DNA of 64,000 bases from Schmidtea nova (Eukaryota), in NCBI GenBank assembly GCA_044892505.1, contig CM097883.1, positions 45,260,001 through 45,324,000 on the forward strand. The letters are read 5' to 3'. Of the stretch, positions 9,931 through 22,520 are shown in pieces. The translations under genes and the position numbers were made by a program. The stretch's first letter is position 1. Each line of letters starts with the position of its first letter. The notes beneath the pieces are model-generated. The model had not been told where the DNA came from. It worked only from the letters and a program-made list of their open reading frames with translations, and ran no database searches.

Positions 9931-10648
9931 GGTTAAACGCTCGATTTTTCTATTAATTAATTTATTTTATTTTCTTAGATATTATTCGTTATTATTTTAT
10001 TATTTTCCGTTATTATTTTATTATTTTCATTATTAATTTCATACTTATTCTTTTATTCTCTTTATTCACTGATTTCTACTTAAATTTCACCTGTTTGACA
10101 TTTTCTCGCTTTTTCATTTCTTATTTTTGTTTTAATTGTGCTTTTCTTGTTAATTGTCATTTTTTATTTGTTTTATTATTATTTTTACATTCTTCATTTT
10201 ATTTTTATTCTCTCATGATTAATTGTTTAGTTTTCACCATTATCCGTTCCTTCATCAACCCAACACTTTTCATTGGATGTTAATCTGATTAATAAATTTT
10301 TTAAATTCTTAATTGTTTTTTTTAATGTTTATTTTGTTAAAAATTTAAAAATATAAAATAAAAACTCCAAAATTTTTAAAAATTTTTTCTAAATTTCTTT
10401 TTGAATAAATAGATTTATCCTTTTTTTTTAAATTTAAAATTTTTAAAATTTTTATTGCCTGCATTCTACATTTTTAATTTTCTAACCCTTAATATTTGAT
10501 TTTATTTTTTTATAATTTTACAATTTAATTATATTATATCTCTTTGAAAAGCCCATAAATTCTCTGTACTATCACTTTTCTTTCTCCATTTTTTTCTATC
10601 TTCCTTTTACTTTTATATCTTCTTATTTGTAGAACCACATGTTTTTTT

Positions 10649-12665
10649 TTAACAAGATAGTAAGTAAGCGATTTCGCTAATTTCCTCTTTAGAGTTAATT
10701 TTTGGGTGTTTGTCTCTAATGAGAATAGCTTCTTTAAGTCTGAGATTTTTTTCGTCGTTTTCGTTGGTCAATATTCTCACTGATATTAATGTTTCCTTAT
10801 TTTCTGTCTGACATTGGTGGAGATGTCTATATACAGATGACTTTCCGCCAGGATCAAGATGTTCTTTAATTCTCTGATGCAAAGTCCGAAGGGTGCTTCC
10901 GATGTAAATTTCTTTGCATTTATTACACATGATGCTATATACAATGTTCTTACGAAAGCATAATTTCTTTGGTGTTTGGCAATTTTCCATCTTACATGTA
11001 TTTTCCTTTCTCGTGTTGTTAGCTAGAGCTTGCCTTAATGTCTTAGATCTATGTGCCAAACGAATCGGAAGGCCAGTGAGATTAAGTTCTTTGATGATCA
11101 TGAAATTTATTCGGTCACTGATGAAAGGAATTCGAAGGTAGAAATATTTCTTTTCCTTTTGTAGGTCTTTCTGCCTTCTCTGGTTGAATTTTACTTTGTT
11201 GATCTCGTTAATGTTATGGTATCCATTACGATGCAGGACTTCTGTAAATATTCTTTGTTGTACCGAATTGTCCTCTTCCTTTGTGCATCGATTAGCTATC
11301 CTTTGTCTCTCATTTCTAACGACGTTTACCTTCTGCAGATGAGGAAGTGCTGATCTTTGGTGCATAAATATTTCTTTGCGGGCTGATTTTCTGTAGAACC
11401 CATATGCTGGTGTGTCTGAGTTGATTTTTATTCTCAGATCCAGTAGTTCGAGGGATCCGTCTTCTTTCGGGTATTCAATCTCGAATTTTATGTCATTGTG
11501 TGCCGCGATGAAGATACGAAATATTTCTTCCGCTTCCATTTTGCTATTTGTCGTGATAAAAATATCGTCTACATATCGTGTGTATATACCAATTGTATTT
11601 ATGGTTATCAGGGTTTGTTGTTCGAAATAATCCATGAATATAATCGCTAGTATGGCTGAAATACTAGAGCCCATTGGCAGGCCTCTCACTTGCTGGTACA
11701 CTCACTGTTCAAATGTAAAGTAGGTGTTTGCGAGAATTGCAGTTAGAAGTTCAATGATGTCCTCTGTCTGCATCTCATTTATTGTAGGTTTACATTTTTT
11801 TAACTTTCTTTCTAAACAATTTATAGCATCTTTAGGGTGGATAGAGGTGTATAGGGATACCACATCGAGGCTAAAGGGATAATTGAATTTTGGATGGGTG
11901 TTTTTATCTGTTTTATTCAATTTTGACATAAGACAGTCACTGCTTTGAAAATGGTGTGGTACTTGGTCTAGCAGCGATTTCAGAATTTTCGAGAGAAACC
12001 AACTTACTTTGGTTGTTGGACCTTTTGTATTGGATACAATTGGTCTAATCTTGATCGCGGGACCTGTTTTGTGGGTTTTAATTAAACAGTAAAATTTTGG
12101 AAGGTCTGAGTTTTTTGTTATGAAGCTCTTGATAGAACTTTCTTTGATACCTCTTTTCCTGCTGATTCTTTTGAATACTTTGTTAATCTTTCCTTCAATG
12201 GCATTTGCTGACATACGTTTCGTCTCTTTATATGTATTTGTATCGTTAAGGTGGTCGTAGGATGCTTCACAATAACGGCTTTTCTCAATTATGCAAAATT
12301 CGCCTTCTTTGTCGCTTGGTAGGTAGATGTTTGGTTTGAGTTTAAGGGATTTCAAGGTAGCCTGCTCATAGGTCGATAAATTCAGTTTAAACAGCAAAAT
12401 CACTGATGAAACCCTACTTAATATCAAAGCCGCCCTATGTAAATTAGCATACCAAATCAAATGGTACGATCACATATCTGAGACCGATAATCAGAATAAG
12501 TTCCCAGTCTACACAAACACAGATAGACTGTACACTCCCTATCCTAATACAGAACTTGATTCGACTCTATCAAAGCTTTGCAACAAAATTCTATGCATTA
12601 TAGAAAAAGCGAAAATGAAACCATACAACTCAAATTAAAATTTGGCCTTTCAAAATACCATTCAT
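10649..12665 (-). mobile_element. Penelope-like retroelement (RT plus C-terminal GIY-YIG, Cys-rich linker; Neptune/Nematis-like), 5'-truncated, one nonsense codon, internal inversion
   Basis: PSDKEG, KIRPIVS, SLDVVSLYT, GLPMGS, YTRYVDDIF, C..C..C linker, VYSIMCNKCKEIYIGST.R.L.QRIKEH; in-frame TGA at 11704-11702 splits the two listed ORFs. Confidence 0.9.
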
Positions 12666-14614
12666 GGAATATTAGTTGTATTCCTATGACCAGCGAGAAA
12701 TTCTTTAGTCTTTTTGCTAGGATTGACTCCTTAACCGTTAAATTCAGACTCTTATCAATTTGTCAGCGAGTCTTTAAATAATGCGGTCAAAACTTTATCT
12801 TCTTTACCCTTGACCGAATCTGAATTTCAGGGTACAATAATAACAGCAAAGTGAATTTTTCCATTTGATTCGGCAACTTCTTTAGAAGTTTTACAAAACA
12901 CTCATCAGTTACCTCCTATCTGGAAAGACGTGAAACCAGATGAATATGAGATAGCTCGGAGAATTTGGCGTGAAACCTCATGTACATCGCTTTTCGATTA
13001 CATGATAGTTTATTTAAAACTTGATGTTTTCCTTTTAGCTGATTATTTTCAGCAATTTAGAGCTAAGTCTATTGACCATAACCGACTAGAACCACTAAAT
13101 TTCTTAGGAATTCCAGGTATGTCTTGGAATTCCGCCTTATTAACTTTAAAATCTCCAATTGAGCTCCTCACCAATATGGAGATGTATAATTTTTTCGAGG
13201 GCGGTATCCGTGGCGGATTAACCTTTGTAAATAAACACTATGTAAAAACAGGATATAAATAATTTATATGGTTGGGCTTTAAGTCAACCTTTACCATGCA
13301 GTAACTTTGAATGGGTCACAGATGACCACTTATTAAATGATATAATTGTTGAATGCACATCGGTAGATTTAGATGTACTTCATTATGGTTATACCATAGA
13401 AGTGGATTTAGAAATACCGACGTCGATTCACGACAAACTGGATGATCTTCCAGTTGCCACCGAAAAGATGTGTGTACCGGGTTCGAAAGTTGAGAAGCTG
13501 CTGCATACGCACTATCCAAAGAGGAACTACGTTCTTCATTGGAGGTTTCTGCAACTGTTTATTAAATTAGGTGTTAAAATATCAAAAACACATAGAGCAA
13601 TAAAATTCAAACAAGATAAAATTTTCCAAAATTATATAAATACAAATACGGCGTTACGAGCAGCGTCGACAAATAAATTAGATAAAAACTTTTATAAATT
13701 ACTGAACAACAGTCTTTAGGGCAAGACTGTTGAAAATTTTAAAAAACGTATAAATTTTCGTTTATGCAATTCTTCACAGAAGTTAATGACTTACTGCTCC
13801 AAACCGACTTTCCGAAAATTCACTAAGATCGACGATGACTTGATTTCTGTTTTGTTACGGAAGGAATCAGTGTGTTTGGATAGACCTAGTTACATTGGTC
13901 AAACAGTACTAGATTTATCCAAACTTAGGATGTACTAGCTGCAGTATGAAGAGTTGCAAAAATATCGTGACGACTTCAACTGCGAAATTAATATCGTTGC
14001 TTCGTTGCTGGGGACACTGATTCCTTCTTTTTGGAAATTAAAAATCTTTCGTTAGATATACTATTACCGGCAATGATAAGGGACAAGCTTCTTGACACTT
14101 CAAATTATGACCAAATCATCCTTTATACAGTAGGAACATTGATTCTGTCATTGGAAAGTTCAAAGACGAGAATAAAGGGCTACTGTATGAAGAGTGGGTG
14201 TTCTTAAGACCAAAGTGTTAAAGTTTAATGGGCGACGAGGCATGTATTAAGGCTAAGAGGATTTGCATGAAAGATGCTGGACTAACACATCAGTCGTATC
14301 TGGATTGCTATTTAAATAACAAGATATACACAGTCCCTCAGTTTAGAATAACTAGTAAGAACCACCAGTTATTTAGTATAAAAAATAATAAGAGGGCATT
14401 GACATGTAAGGACGACAAGCGTAATTGGATAGATAAAATTAAAAGTTTGGCATATGGCCATTATAGAGGGGGTGACACCAATATATTTGTAGATGATCCA
14501 CCAGAACAAATCAATGATGATTCAATCCAACAAATAGATGATGTCCCGATTATGCTGATGGATGAAGACTCTTACGCATTTTATGATCTTCCGGAACACG
14601 ATTATTTTAGATGA
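12661..14614 (+). pseudogene. Protein-primed type-B DNA polymerase (Polinton/Maverick/adintovirus-like), decayed
   Basis: YLKLDVFLLAD, GIRGG, DINNLYGWALSQPLP, KLLNNSL*GKT, YIGQTVLDLSK, GDTDS, DDKR...SLAYGHY motifs across several frameshifts and stops. Confidence 0.85.
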
Positions 14615-16898
14615 TGGCGAAAAAGAAACAAAGAAAATCAAAAAGAAATTGAAAATGAACAATCGGCCCTTTTCAGGGCCACAATTAACGATTGTATAAA
14701 ATATTGCGCAATCAATTAAAACTAATATTATGATGTTTAGATTTTAAAGATTATGATGAAAACAGAATAAAAAAGATGTTAAACAGGAATGAAAAAACAG
14801 TAAAGAAAACCAGAATCAAAAAGATATTAAACAGGAAAAAGATTTGTGAAAGTAAAAAAATGGTTCTCTTAGGGCCATAATTGCTGATTGTATAAAATAT
14901 TGCGAAATCAATTAAAACTATTACCGTCTTTTTTAATGAGTTTTCGTTATATGTATTTTAAGNNNNNNNNNNNNNNNNNNNNNNNNNNNNNNNNNNNNNN
15001 NNNNNNNNNNNNNNNNNNNNNNNNNNNNNNNNNNNNNNNNNNNNNNNNNNNNNNNNNNNNNNNNNNNNNNNNNNNNNNNNNNNNNNNNNNNNNNNNNNNN
15101 NNNNNNNNNNNNNNNNNNNNNNNNNNNNNNNNNNNNNNNNNNNNNNNNNNNNNNNNNNNNNNNNNNNNNNNNNNNNNNNNNNNNNNNNNNNNNNNNNNNN
15201 NNNNNNNNNNNNNNNNNNNNNNNNNNNNNNNNNNNNNNNNNNNNNNNNNNNNNNNNNNNNNNNNNNNNNNNNNNNNNNNNNNNNNNNNNNNNNNNNNNNN
15301 NNNNNNNNNNNNNNNNNNNNNNNNNNNNNNNNNNNNNNNNNNNNNNNNNNNNNNNNNNNNNNNNNNNNNNNNNNNNNNNNNNNNNNNNNNNNNNNNNNNN
15401 NNNNNNNNNNNNNNNNNNNNNNNNNNNNNNNNNNNNNNNNNNNNNNNNNNNNNNNNNNNNNNNNNNNNNNNNNNNNNNNNNNNNNNNNNNNNNNNNNNNN
15501 NNNNNNNNNNNNNNNNNNNNNNNNNNNNNNNNNNNNNNNNNNNNNNNNNNNNNNNNNNNNNNNNNNNNNNNNNNNNNNNNNNNNNNNNNNNNNNNNNNNN
15601 NNNNNNNNNNNNNNNNNNNNNNNNNNNNNNNNNNNNNNNNNNNNNNNNNNNNNNNNNNNNNNNNNNNNNNNNNNNNNNNNNNNNNNNNNNNNNNNNNNNN
15701 NNNNNNNNNNNNNNNNNNNNNNNNNNNNNNNNNNNNNNNNNNNNNNNNNNNNNNNNNNNNNNNNNNNNNNNNNNNNNNNNNNNNNNNNNNNNNNNNNNNN
15801 NNNNNNNNNNNNNNNNNNNNNNNNNNNNNNNNNNNNNNATATGCCAACAAGAAATAGTCAGCACTCTAATAGGGTACATCATTTGCTTACCATGTTGTTT
15901 CGGCCCTGAAAATATGGCATAATTTGGTCAGAGTTCTTCCAGTACTGAGATATCCACAAAGACAAGCACCTGGAATTAATTCCGCAGTAATTGCATTTAT
16001 AGAAGAATTCATCTAACATAAAAAAATTCCCTTAGAATTTTTTAGACAGACACTATAACTAAAGAAAATTAAATATAATTTTAAAAAGGCTTATATTATC
16101 GAAAAACTTGTATTAGAAATTTTCAATAAAATTCAAATACGACTCATATATTTTGAAGGGAAAGGAAAACACATTATTTTATTTTTAATTTTATCAAGAT
16201 TTCTGACAATGAAGCTATTTTTAAATTTTTGATTAAACCATTAAATTTACATTTCACTCTTTTCTGTACTCGCTGGGAATATTTGTGTCAGCCCTTCATT
16301 TCCTTCCCATCAAATTCGTGAGCATATTTTCTATTACTATTTGATCTTTTTTTAATCTTAATTTATTTTTTCTCATCAGCAAAACAATTAAAAATCCTGA
16401 AATTTAACGAAAATTCTGATAAATCAACAACAACAATAATCCAAATGCAAATGATCAATTTAAAAAAAGTTTAGAAATTAATGCAACTATAGCAACGGTT
16501 TGTTTTGAGCATTTTGATAAATGAGCTCAGTCAGTTAATAAATCTCAATAAAATGATAAAATCCCCTCAAACGTTGATAATCGAAAATCGTTGAAAATAG
16601 TTGCGAAAAGTTTTCTTACAAAATGCATTTATTGTCTGTAACAGACAGCATCATGGCATAATTCGACTCACCTGATTAGAAATTTGTTCGACTAACAAAA
16701 ATTAAAAATTCGACCAATCAAAAATCGAGTTTGACTTTAAATCAATATTTCAGTTAACAACATGGAATTTATTTAAATTGATTTCTATAGTAACAGATTA
16801 TTTTTAAATTAATTCCATTTATTTTTGAATTTGTTTTGGAAATTTATTATTAAAGATATTCTTTTTGCAAAAAAAAAATAAATATCATATTACAATTG

Positions 16899-17483
16899 AT
16901 GTGCGAATCGTCGAGTTCTAATGAATTGATTCCAACTCAAACAATGGTGTTGCGTTGTCAGAAAAAATTGGCAAGCAAATTCTCGTCAAAATATCTCGTC
17001 AAATTTCTCATGAATGAGCCAACAAATAGAATTTTCGACAATGTTCACAGGCTGTTGTTCCATTACACAAATTCTCGCCAATTGGCAAATAAACAAATGA
17101 AAGACATGATTAAGTTGAATATCAAAGTCACTTTGCTTTTTATCAATGATGTTTTCAGTGATGAAGAAATCGAAAAATCCAATGATTTTCGAGACGTTTT
17201 TTTCAAAATTTGCGAACTGATAATCAAAAGTCGACGATACCGAAATCATTCGGTTCTCATTGATTTGCTTCTGGAAAATCTTTTGAAAGCAAAATCAATT
17301 CTTCTTTTACTCGTCCATCGCCATTTGACAGACAAATCCAAATGTAAAATTATTAATTGTGCAGAGTTCCTCGTTACCAGAGAATTCCTGACGAAAAGTC
17401 TGTCAAATGACGAACCGTTTAAAACAATAATGGATAGGATTTGTTTTGATCTCCAGGACATCATGGATCGAGGATTACTTTAA
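16899..17483 (+). CDS. TNFAIP8: TNFAIP8/TIPE family protein (DUF758), 194 aa, single coding exon
   Basis: QKKLASK...K.MIK..IK..LLF...F...E...RHLTDKS...I aligns by eye over the full length with TNFAIP8. Confidence 0.85.
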   Translation: MCESSSSNELIPTQTMVLRCQKKLASKFSSKYLVKFLMNEPTNRIFDNVHRLLFHYTNSRQLANKQMKDMIKLNIKVTLLFINDVFSDEEIEKSNDFRDVFFKICELIIKSRRYRNHSVLIDLLLENLLKAKSILLLLVHRHLTDKSKCKIINCAEFLVTREFLTKSLSNDEPFKTIMDRICFDLQDIMDRGLL

Positions 17484-17755
17484 TGAATTGATATTGTTTT
17501 AATCAGTTGCCTGCACCTGATTGGCCATTTTGGTCAATCAACTATTTTGTATGAGCACATTTATTTTTAATGTATATTTATTATATAATTGTAATAAAAA
17601 AAGAATTTCAAATTTAATGATGATTTAAAATTGATAAAAATATTTCTTTTAGCTAAAATTTATTTTATAGATCCAGATGAATAACGCAATGTCATATGTG
17701 AGTATGCAATGGTGATTCCTTGGCAGCAGCATTGATTAAATGTTAAATAATTAAT

Positions 17756-17912
17756 AAATAACAGAATAAGCTTTTGTTGCAAAATTTTTTATTAAGTGAA
17801 AATTTTCGATTATAAAATAATTCTTTGATAGGAGATTGAAAAGGATTATTTTATAATCAAATATTTTCATTTAATTAAAAATTTTTGCAGCAAAAGCTTT
17901 TTTTTGTTATTT
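17756..17912. repeat. Short foldback/MITE-like inverted repeat (about 70-bp arms)
   Basis: AAATAACAGAATAAGCTTTTGTTGCAAAA... pairs with ...TTTTTGCAGCAAAAGCTTTTTTTGTTATTT; one arm recurs at about 6600-6675. Confidence 0.6.
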
Positions 17913-17999
17913 ATAAATTGTTTAATATATAAATTTGTATTAATATCAATAATTCTCGTAATGGTAAGACTATAGATTAAAAAATATTTTTAAACAAGT

Positions 18000-18071
18000 A
18001 CATAATAGTTCGACTCAACCTTTATCAGGTGTGTATAAAAACACACACTTGATAAAGGCTGTGCCGAAATA
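18000..18071. ncRNA. Back-to-back pair of family A hammerhead motifs (minus copy degenerate; plus copy interrupted by Tigger)
   Basis: Minus copy 18032-18000; plus copy ACAC-TTGATAA-A-GGC(TGT)GCC-GAAA-TA at 18045-18071, then the Tigger TIR. Confidence 0.55.
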
Positions 18072-19345
18072 CACTTATCCCCCGATTTACACGGTACTTT
18101 TTGCACGTTTTCGATTTTACACGGTTTCGAAAATTATTATTTTTTTTATTTCACTCTTATCAATACATATTTATAATAATAATATGCATATGAATATACA
18201 TATTTATTTAAAAATAAAAATATAAGCATAAACAAGGAATTGCCCATTTAAGTATTCGTGTTTTAACAAGTTCTTATTGAAATTATTTTTTTCAAAGTAC
18301 GCGATAAATATTACAAGTATAATTCATTTGTCCAGTTTGATTGATACAACAGTAGATTTGTGTAATGTAGTATTATTTTGAGTTTGATTACACAATTTTC
18401 GAGAATCATCATAACGGTAAGTATCCTATTAAGTAATAAAATTATTTTAATTATTACATAGATATGTGATTTTAAAAGTTTTATAATGTCGAAAGAAATT
18501 CCGAAAAAAACAATTAAAAGAAAAGTTATATCGTTTGAAACAAAAATAAAAATATTAGATAGACTTTGCCATGGAAAAGGTTCATCAGCAGTTGGTAAAT
18601 CATATGGTATGAATGAAGCTACTATTAGGTCAATAAAAAATGAAAGCAATATTAGAAAGAGAGTATCAGCTGGAGTTTCTACCAGTAAGCAAATCTCTTC
18701 ATATATCAGAGATGTTGGAATTGTTAAGATGGAGAAAGCATTAATGATATCTATTGAAGATCAAACAGGGAAAAGACTACCTATTGATACTAATGCAATT
18801 AAATATAAAGCATTGAAAATCTTATCAAAAATAAACGAACAACCATTAACATATGACAACCAAAAACCTGATTTTGCAGCAAGCCATGGCTGGTTCGAAA
18901 GATTTTAGACTCGGCATTCTATTGCATAATCGTAAAAATAAAAGGTGAATTGGCATCTGGTGATGAAATTGACGCAAAAGCGTATCCAGCCAAGCTTTCT
19001 GAAATTATTCAGGCTAACTCCTATCACCCAGATCAAGTTTTTAATGCGGACGAGACGGGTTCATATTGGAAAAAATGCCAAGTCGTACATTTTTGGAAAA
19101 ATCTCAAAACACAACTGGTGGACATAAAGCAGCAAAAGATCGCGTAACCTTCTTATTCTGTAGTAATGCATCAGGTGATAGAATAATGAAACCTTTGGTT
19201 ATAAATAAAGCGTTAGCACCACGTGCATTTAAAGGAGTAAATGTGTCCACACTTCCAGTACATTGAATGTCCATTAAAGGCATGGGTTACCACATCCATG
19301 TTTAGTGAATGGTTCCAGACTGATCTTTGCCATATACAAGAATAT
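18072..19345 (+). mobile_element. Tigger/pogo DNA transposon, decayed, 3'-truncated
   Basis: TA plus TIR CACTTATCCCCCGATTTACACGG; CENP-B-type HTH (RKVISFETKIKIL), SHGWFERF, VFNADETG, KDRVTFLFCSNASG. Confidence 0.85.
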
Positions 19346-19364
19346 CGTCTAAATAAACAGTTGC

Positions 19365-22061
19365 TCCATTAAACAATAAACCAATGGGGAGCTCCGTGAA
19401 CTTTACAGCGTCCTATAACTCTATATTTGGTTAACTCTTTTATCATATCGTCAATTTTCTGTTCTAGATGCATAGGGTTGTCGTCTTGGAAATTGCATTG
19501 TTGGATTCCCCGATGTATTAATTTCATATTCAACGATTCTTTACAACCCCATTGACAAAATGGATGCATTATAGTTTTTCGTGTTTTTTTCAGTTTCCAC
19601 ATCATGAATGGCATAATCATTAATTGATTCTCTGGTTTCTGCATCATCCGAGTAATTTCTTCCGTTTTCTTCATCATGCACACCAGCTATCATTTTCTTG
19701 TTCTCATAGTTCTGCTGTTCTTTCTTTCTTAAAAAATAACAATCACGAAAATTATGTCCTCCTTTACTACATATCAAACATTTATCTTTTAGTGGGCATT
19801 CATATTTTCTATGCCCATATTCCCTACTGCAAAAACATTGACCTTACTGTAATTCGCCGTTTCTTGAATCAGGAAAGCCTCTAAATCGATTGAATAATCT
19901 CTTGGCGATGTGTTTAAGCGAAACCGTTGGTGTTCTCTGCATATTCCGTTCGACTGTATGATTCATTTCGCTATTTCTGCAAAACGAATAATCTGGTAAA
20001 TTCTCTCTTCTGTAATTTCCTTGGATTCTTAATATATTGGTATTATTTCCATTTGTTTCTCTTGTAAACGTTTCTGGATTCCTTCTCATTGTTGCTTCTG
20101 CGTAACTACTCTTTTTTATTACCATAATTTCTTCCGTCTTTTCTTTTGATTCTACTTTTTCGTAAATTTTAGCCAGTTGATTTCGTTCTTTTGCGGTCAT
20201 CGTTGGTTTTATTATATGCGCATCTTTTAATCTTCTGTCTCTGACTCGTCCAGTTATAATTTCATTGGCAATCTCCTCTACCCTTATTCCTGAATTAATA
20301 ACTTCATCCAGTAATTTTAATACCTTGATTTCGAAGGTTGCATATTTTTCATTTTCATCTTGTCTAATTGCAGCAAGTTCTTTAATATTGTCTATAAAAG
20401 TCAATTTAATTGTAATTGTTTCGGAAAACCATTCTTTAGCTGCTTTATCGTTTGTGTTTTCTGTTTTGAAAATTTTCCACAGCGTAGCCGCTTCGTCGCA
20501 AAGGAGAAAATCAAATGCTTCTGTCCTCTTCAAGTCATTTCCAGTGATCCCATCATCAATTTTTTTCAGCTTCTTTGGTACATATACCGTCGTATCTTCT
20601 AATTACCATATCCAAGAGTTTTGGTAGTGCGTCTCTTGCAGATTTTTCCCTTCTCCTCGAGTCGTCATTGTGTGAACATTTTCGGCGTTGTCACAATTAC
20701 AACATCCGGTTCCATCTAAAGATTTATTTAATTTAAACACAGAGTGATCACTCGTAAATAATCATATATATTGTGCAATAACTAACACATGTATTGAATA
20801 ACGCAATATACTCTGAACGGCTTCACATTTGATCTTTGGCCTCTAATGCAATATCGTTACTACTTCGATTCATTTCAGTAAATCATTTTCTCAAGTCGCG
20901 CCAATTCTAAATTTCAAAATTATTAATACAATCAATAATTTACATTGTCACAATTTATTTGAATAATTTTCCTTTATTACAAATTGTTTTCACTCTTTTT
21001 TCAATATATTTTATTCAATAATTGTTCACCAACTTTGATCACGTCGGGCTCACCAAAATATGTTGGGTTGTTGGTAAAGTTTAAAAATTACCAATCAAAT
21101 TTCTGACTCCAAAAGAGTGCTTTATTAATCAAAATACTAACAATTACAACAAGGATCTTTATTGATAACACAACTGGTTTCACAATTTTACTGATATACT
21201 TAATCACTAACCCAAGGTAATTATACAGTGCTTATTACAACACCATTGTATAATTTCCATCTAACTATCACCAACTACTGATTTAGATTTAATAATGGGT
21301 AACCAACCATTTGTTTTCTTTGCTTTGACTTGAACTTCAGTTTACAAACTTTTCAACAAATTTCTCAATAATCAACTTCCAATAACTTTTCAATAAACAT
21401 TTTTCACAATAAACTTTCTCGATCAGTTTTCTCCGCAAATTTCGTCACAAACTTCTCCACAAAACCTCTGTTACAAAATCGTTTATCAATACTTCTCCAA
21501 AATTTCTCCCACAAACTTCTTCTAAGTTTTTTTACAATTTTCTTTCCAAAACTTCTCAGTAAACTTATCGGCAAAACCTGTCAAAAACTGTTGCCTTTCC
21601 CTTTTTATAGTTTGCCATTCTCCGGCACATATGGCAATTTACTTTAGTTTCTCCCAGTCCTGCCGCTGATATTTCCAATTTGCTTTTTGTTCCCGTATTG
21701 CCTGTAGCCATTCAGCGCTCGGGACAGTTTACTTTTATTTCCTTTTTGTCGCTGGCATTTCCCATACTTTTTTATATTTACCACGATATCTCCGACCGCT
21801 GTAGAGATTTTCGTGTTTTATTTTTGTTTTCAAATTTTTGGAATTCCTTTCTGTTTTCTTGCATTTATTAATTAAAAGTGACCATTCTCTGTCTTATTGT
21901 TTTATTTCTTTTATTTTGTTACTCTTTCCTCATTTTTCAATTTTTCGCTTTTCCGTTTTCTTCCACAAGTTACAGATTGCTAGCTTAATCATCGATCGGT
22001 CCCCCCCCCCAAGATTTTCTAATTATTTATAATATTATTTATTATTTAGGTATCCTCAACA
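19365..22061 (-). mobile_element. Ty3/Gypsy LTR retrotransposon remnant: 5' LTR 22061-21061, PBS, gag with two CCHC knuckles, start of RT
   Basis: 1001-bp TG...CA LTR; gag from about 20668; CFC...GHRKYEC and CLICSKGGHNFRDC; VEYEINTSGNP...RRQPY/EQKIDDMIKEL..YRVI (RT N-terminus). Confidence 0.85.
21037..21055 (-). other. Primer-binding site complementary to the 3' end of tRNA-Trp
   Basis: Minus strand TGGTGAGCCCGACGTGATC, 5 nt after the LTR; matches the tRNA-Trp 3' end (ATCACGTCGGGGTCACCA) with one mismatch. Confidence 0.8.
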
Positions 22062-22189
22062 ATAATAATATTATAATGAAAAGATGACTTTCAATGCCAT
22101 GATTGAAGAGATAAGCAAGTTTTTAATCTGTTTAATTGCTGCAATTCAGTCAATTTATGTGGGTTTCTGAAGCTTTTTGACCATACCAA

Positions 22190-22520
22190 TTGTCTTAAAA
22201 TGTTCATAAACAAGTGTTTTTGAGACAAAAAGATCTATAGCAAGTTCCTGAACAGATTTTGTTGAATTTTGAGCAACAGCTTTACGTAAATCTTCTTCGA
22301 CAGCTTGATATTGGGTCTACCGCGAGGCATATTTTTGAAATCAATTTCTCCATCATCAACTTTTTGAAACCAACGCCTAATTGTTCTTTTATTAACTGTA
22401 TCGCTCCCAAAAGCATTATTAATATTCCTCTTCACCTCAGCTGAATTGTTCTTCTATTTCCATTCATATAAATAAAAAAATCTCAAATCATGATTTCCTA
22501 ACTTGTACATTTCTATTTGA
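22190..22520 (-). pseudogene. Mariner transposase N-terminal fragment
   Basis: RNINNAFGSDTVNKRTIRRWFQK...GRP HTH signature. Confidence 0.7.

Noticed and set aside
10215-10265. TTGATGA...GAAA on the minus strand of the Penelope 3' UTR as a hammerhead
   Set aside because: No stem II, no palindromic stem III and no matching stem I.
11702-11704. In-frame TGA in the Penelope RT as possible selenocysteine recoding
   Set aside because: The position (F-E-Q-*-V-Y-Q-Q) is normally a basic or polar residue, not Cys. CGA/AGA to TGA decay is simpler, the copy has other lesions and no SECIS was identified.
14888-15922. Long ORFs spanning N runs (also 4696-5172, 5974-6601, 51744-52046, 52904-53448, 60864-61484)
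   Set aside because: Artefacts of assembly gaps.
21037-21055. tRNA-Trp gene
   Set aside because: Only the 3'-terminal 19 nt including CCA are present, next to an LTR, so it is a primer-binding site.
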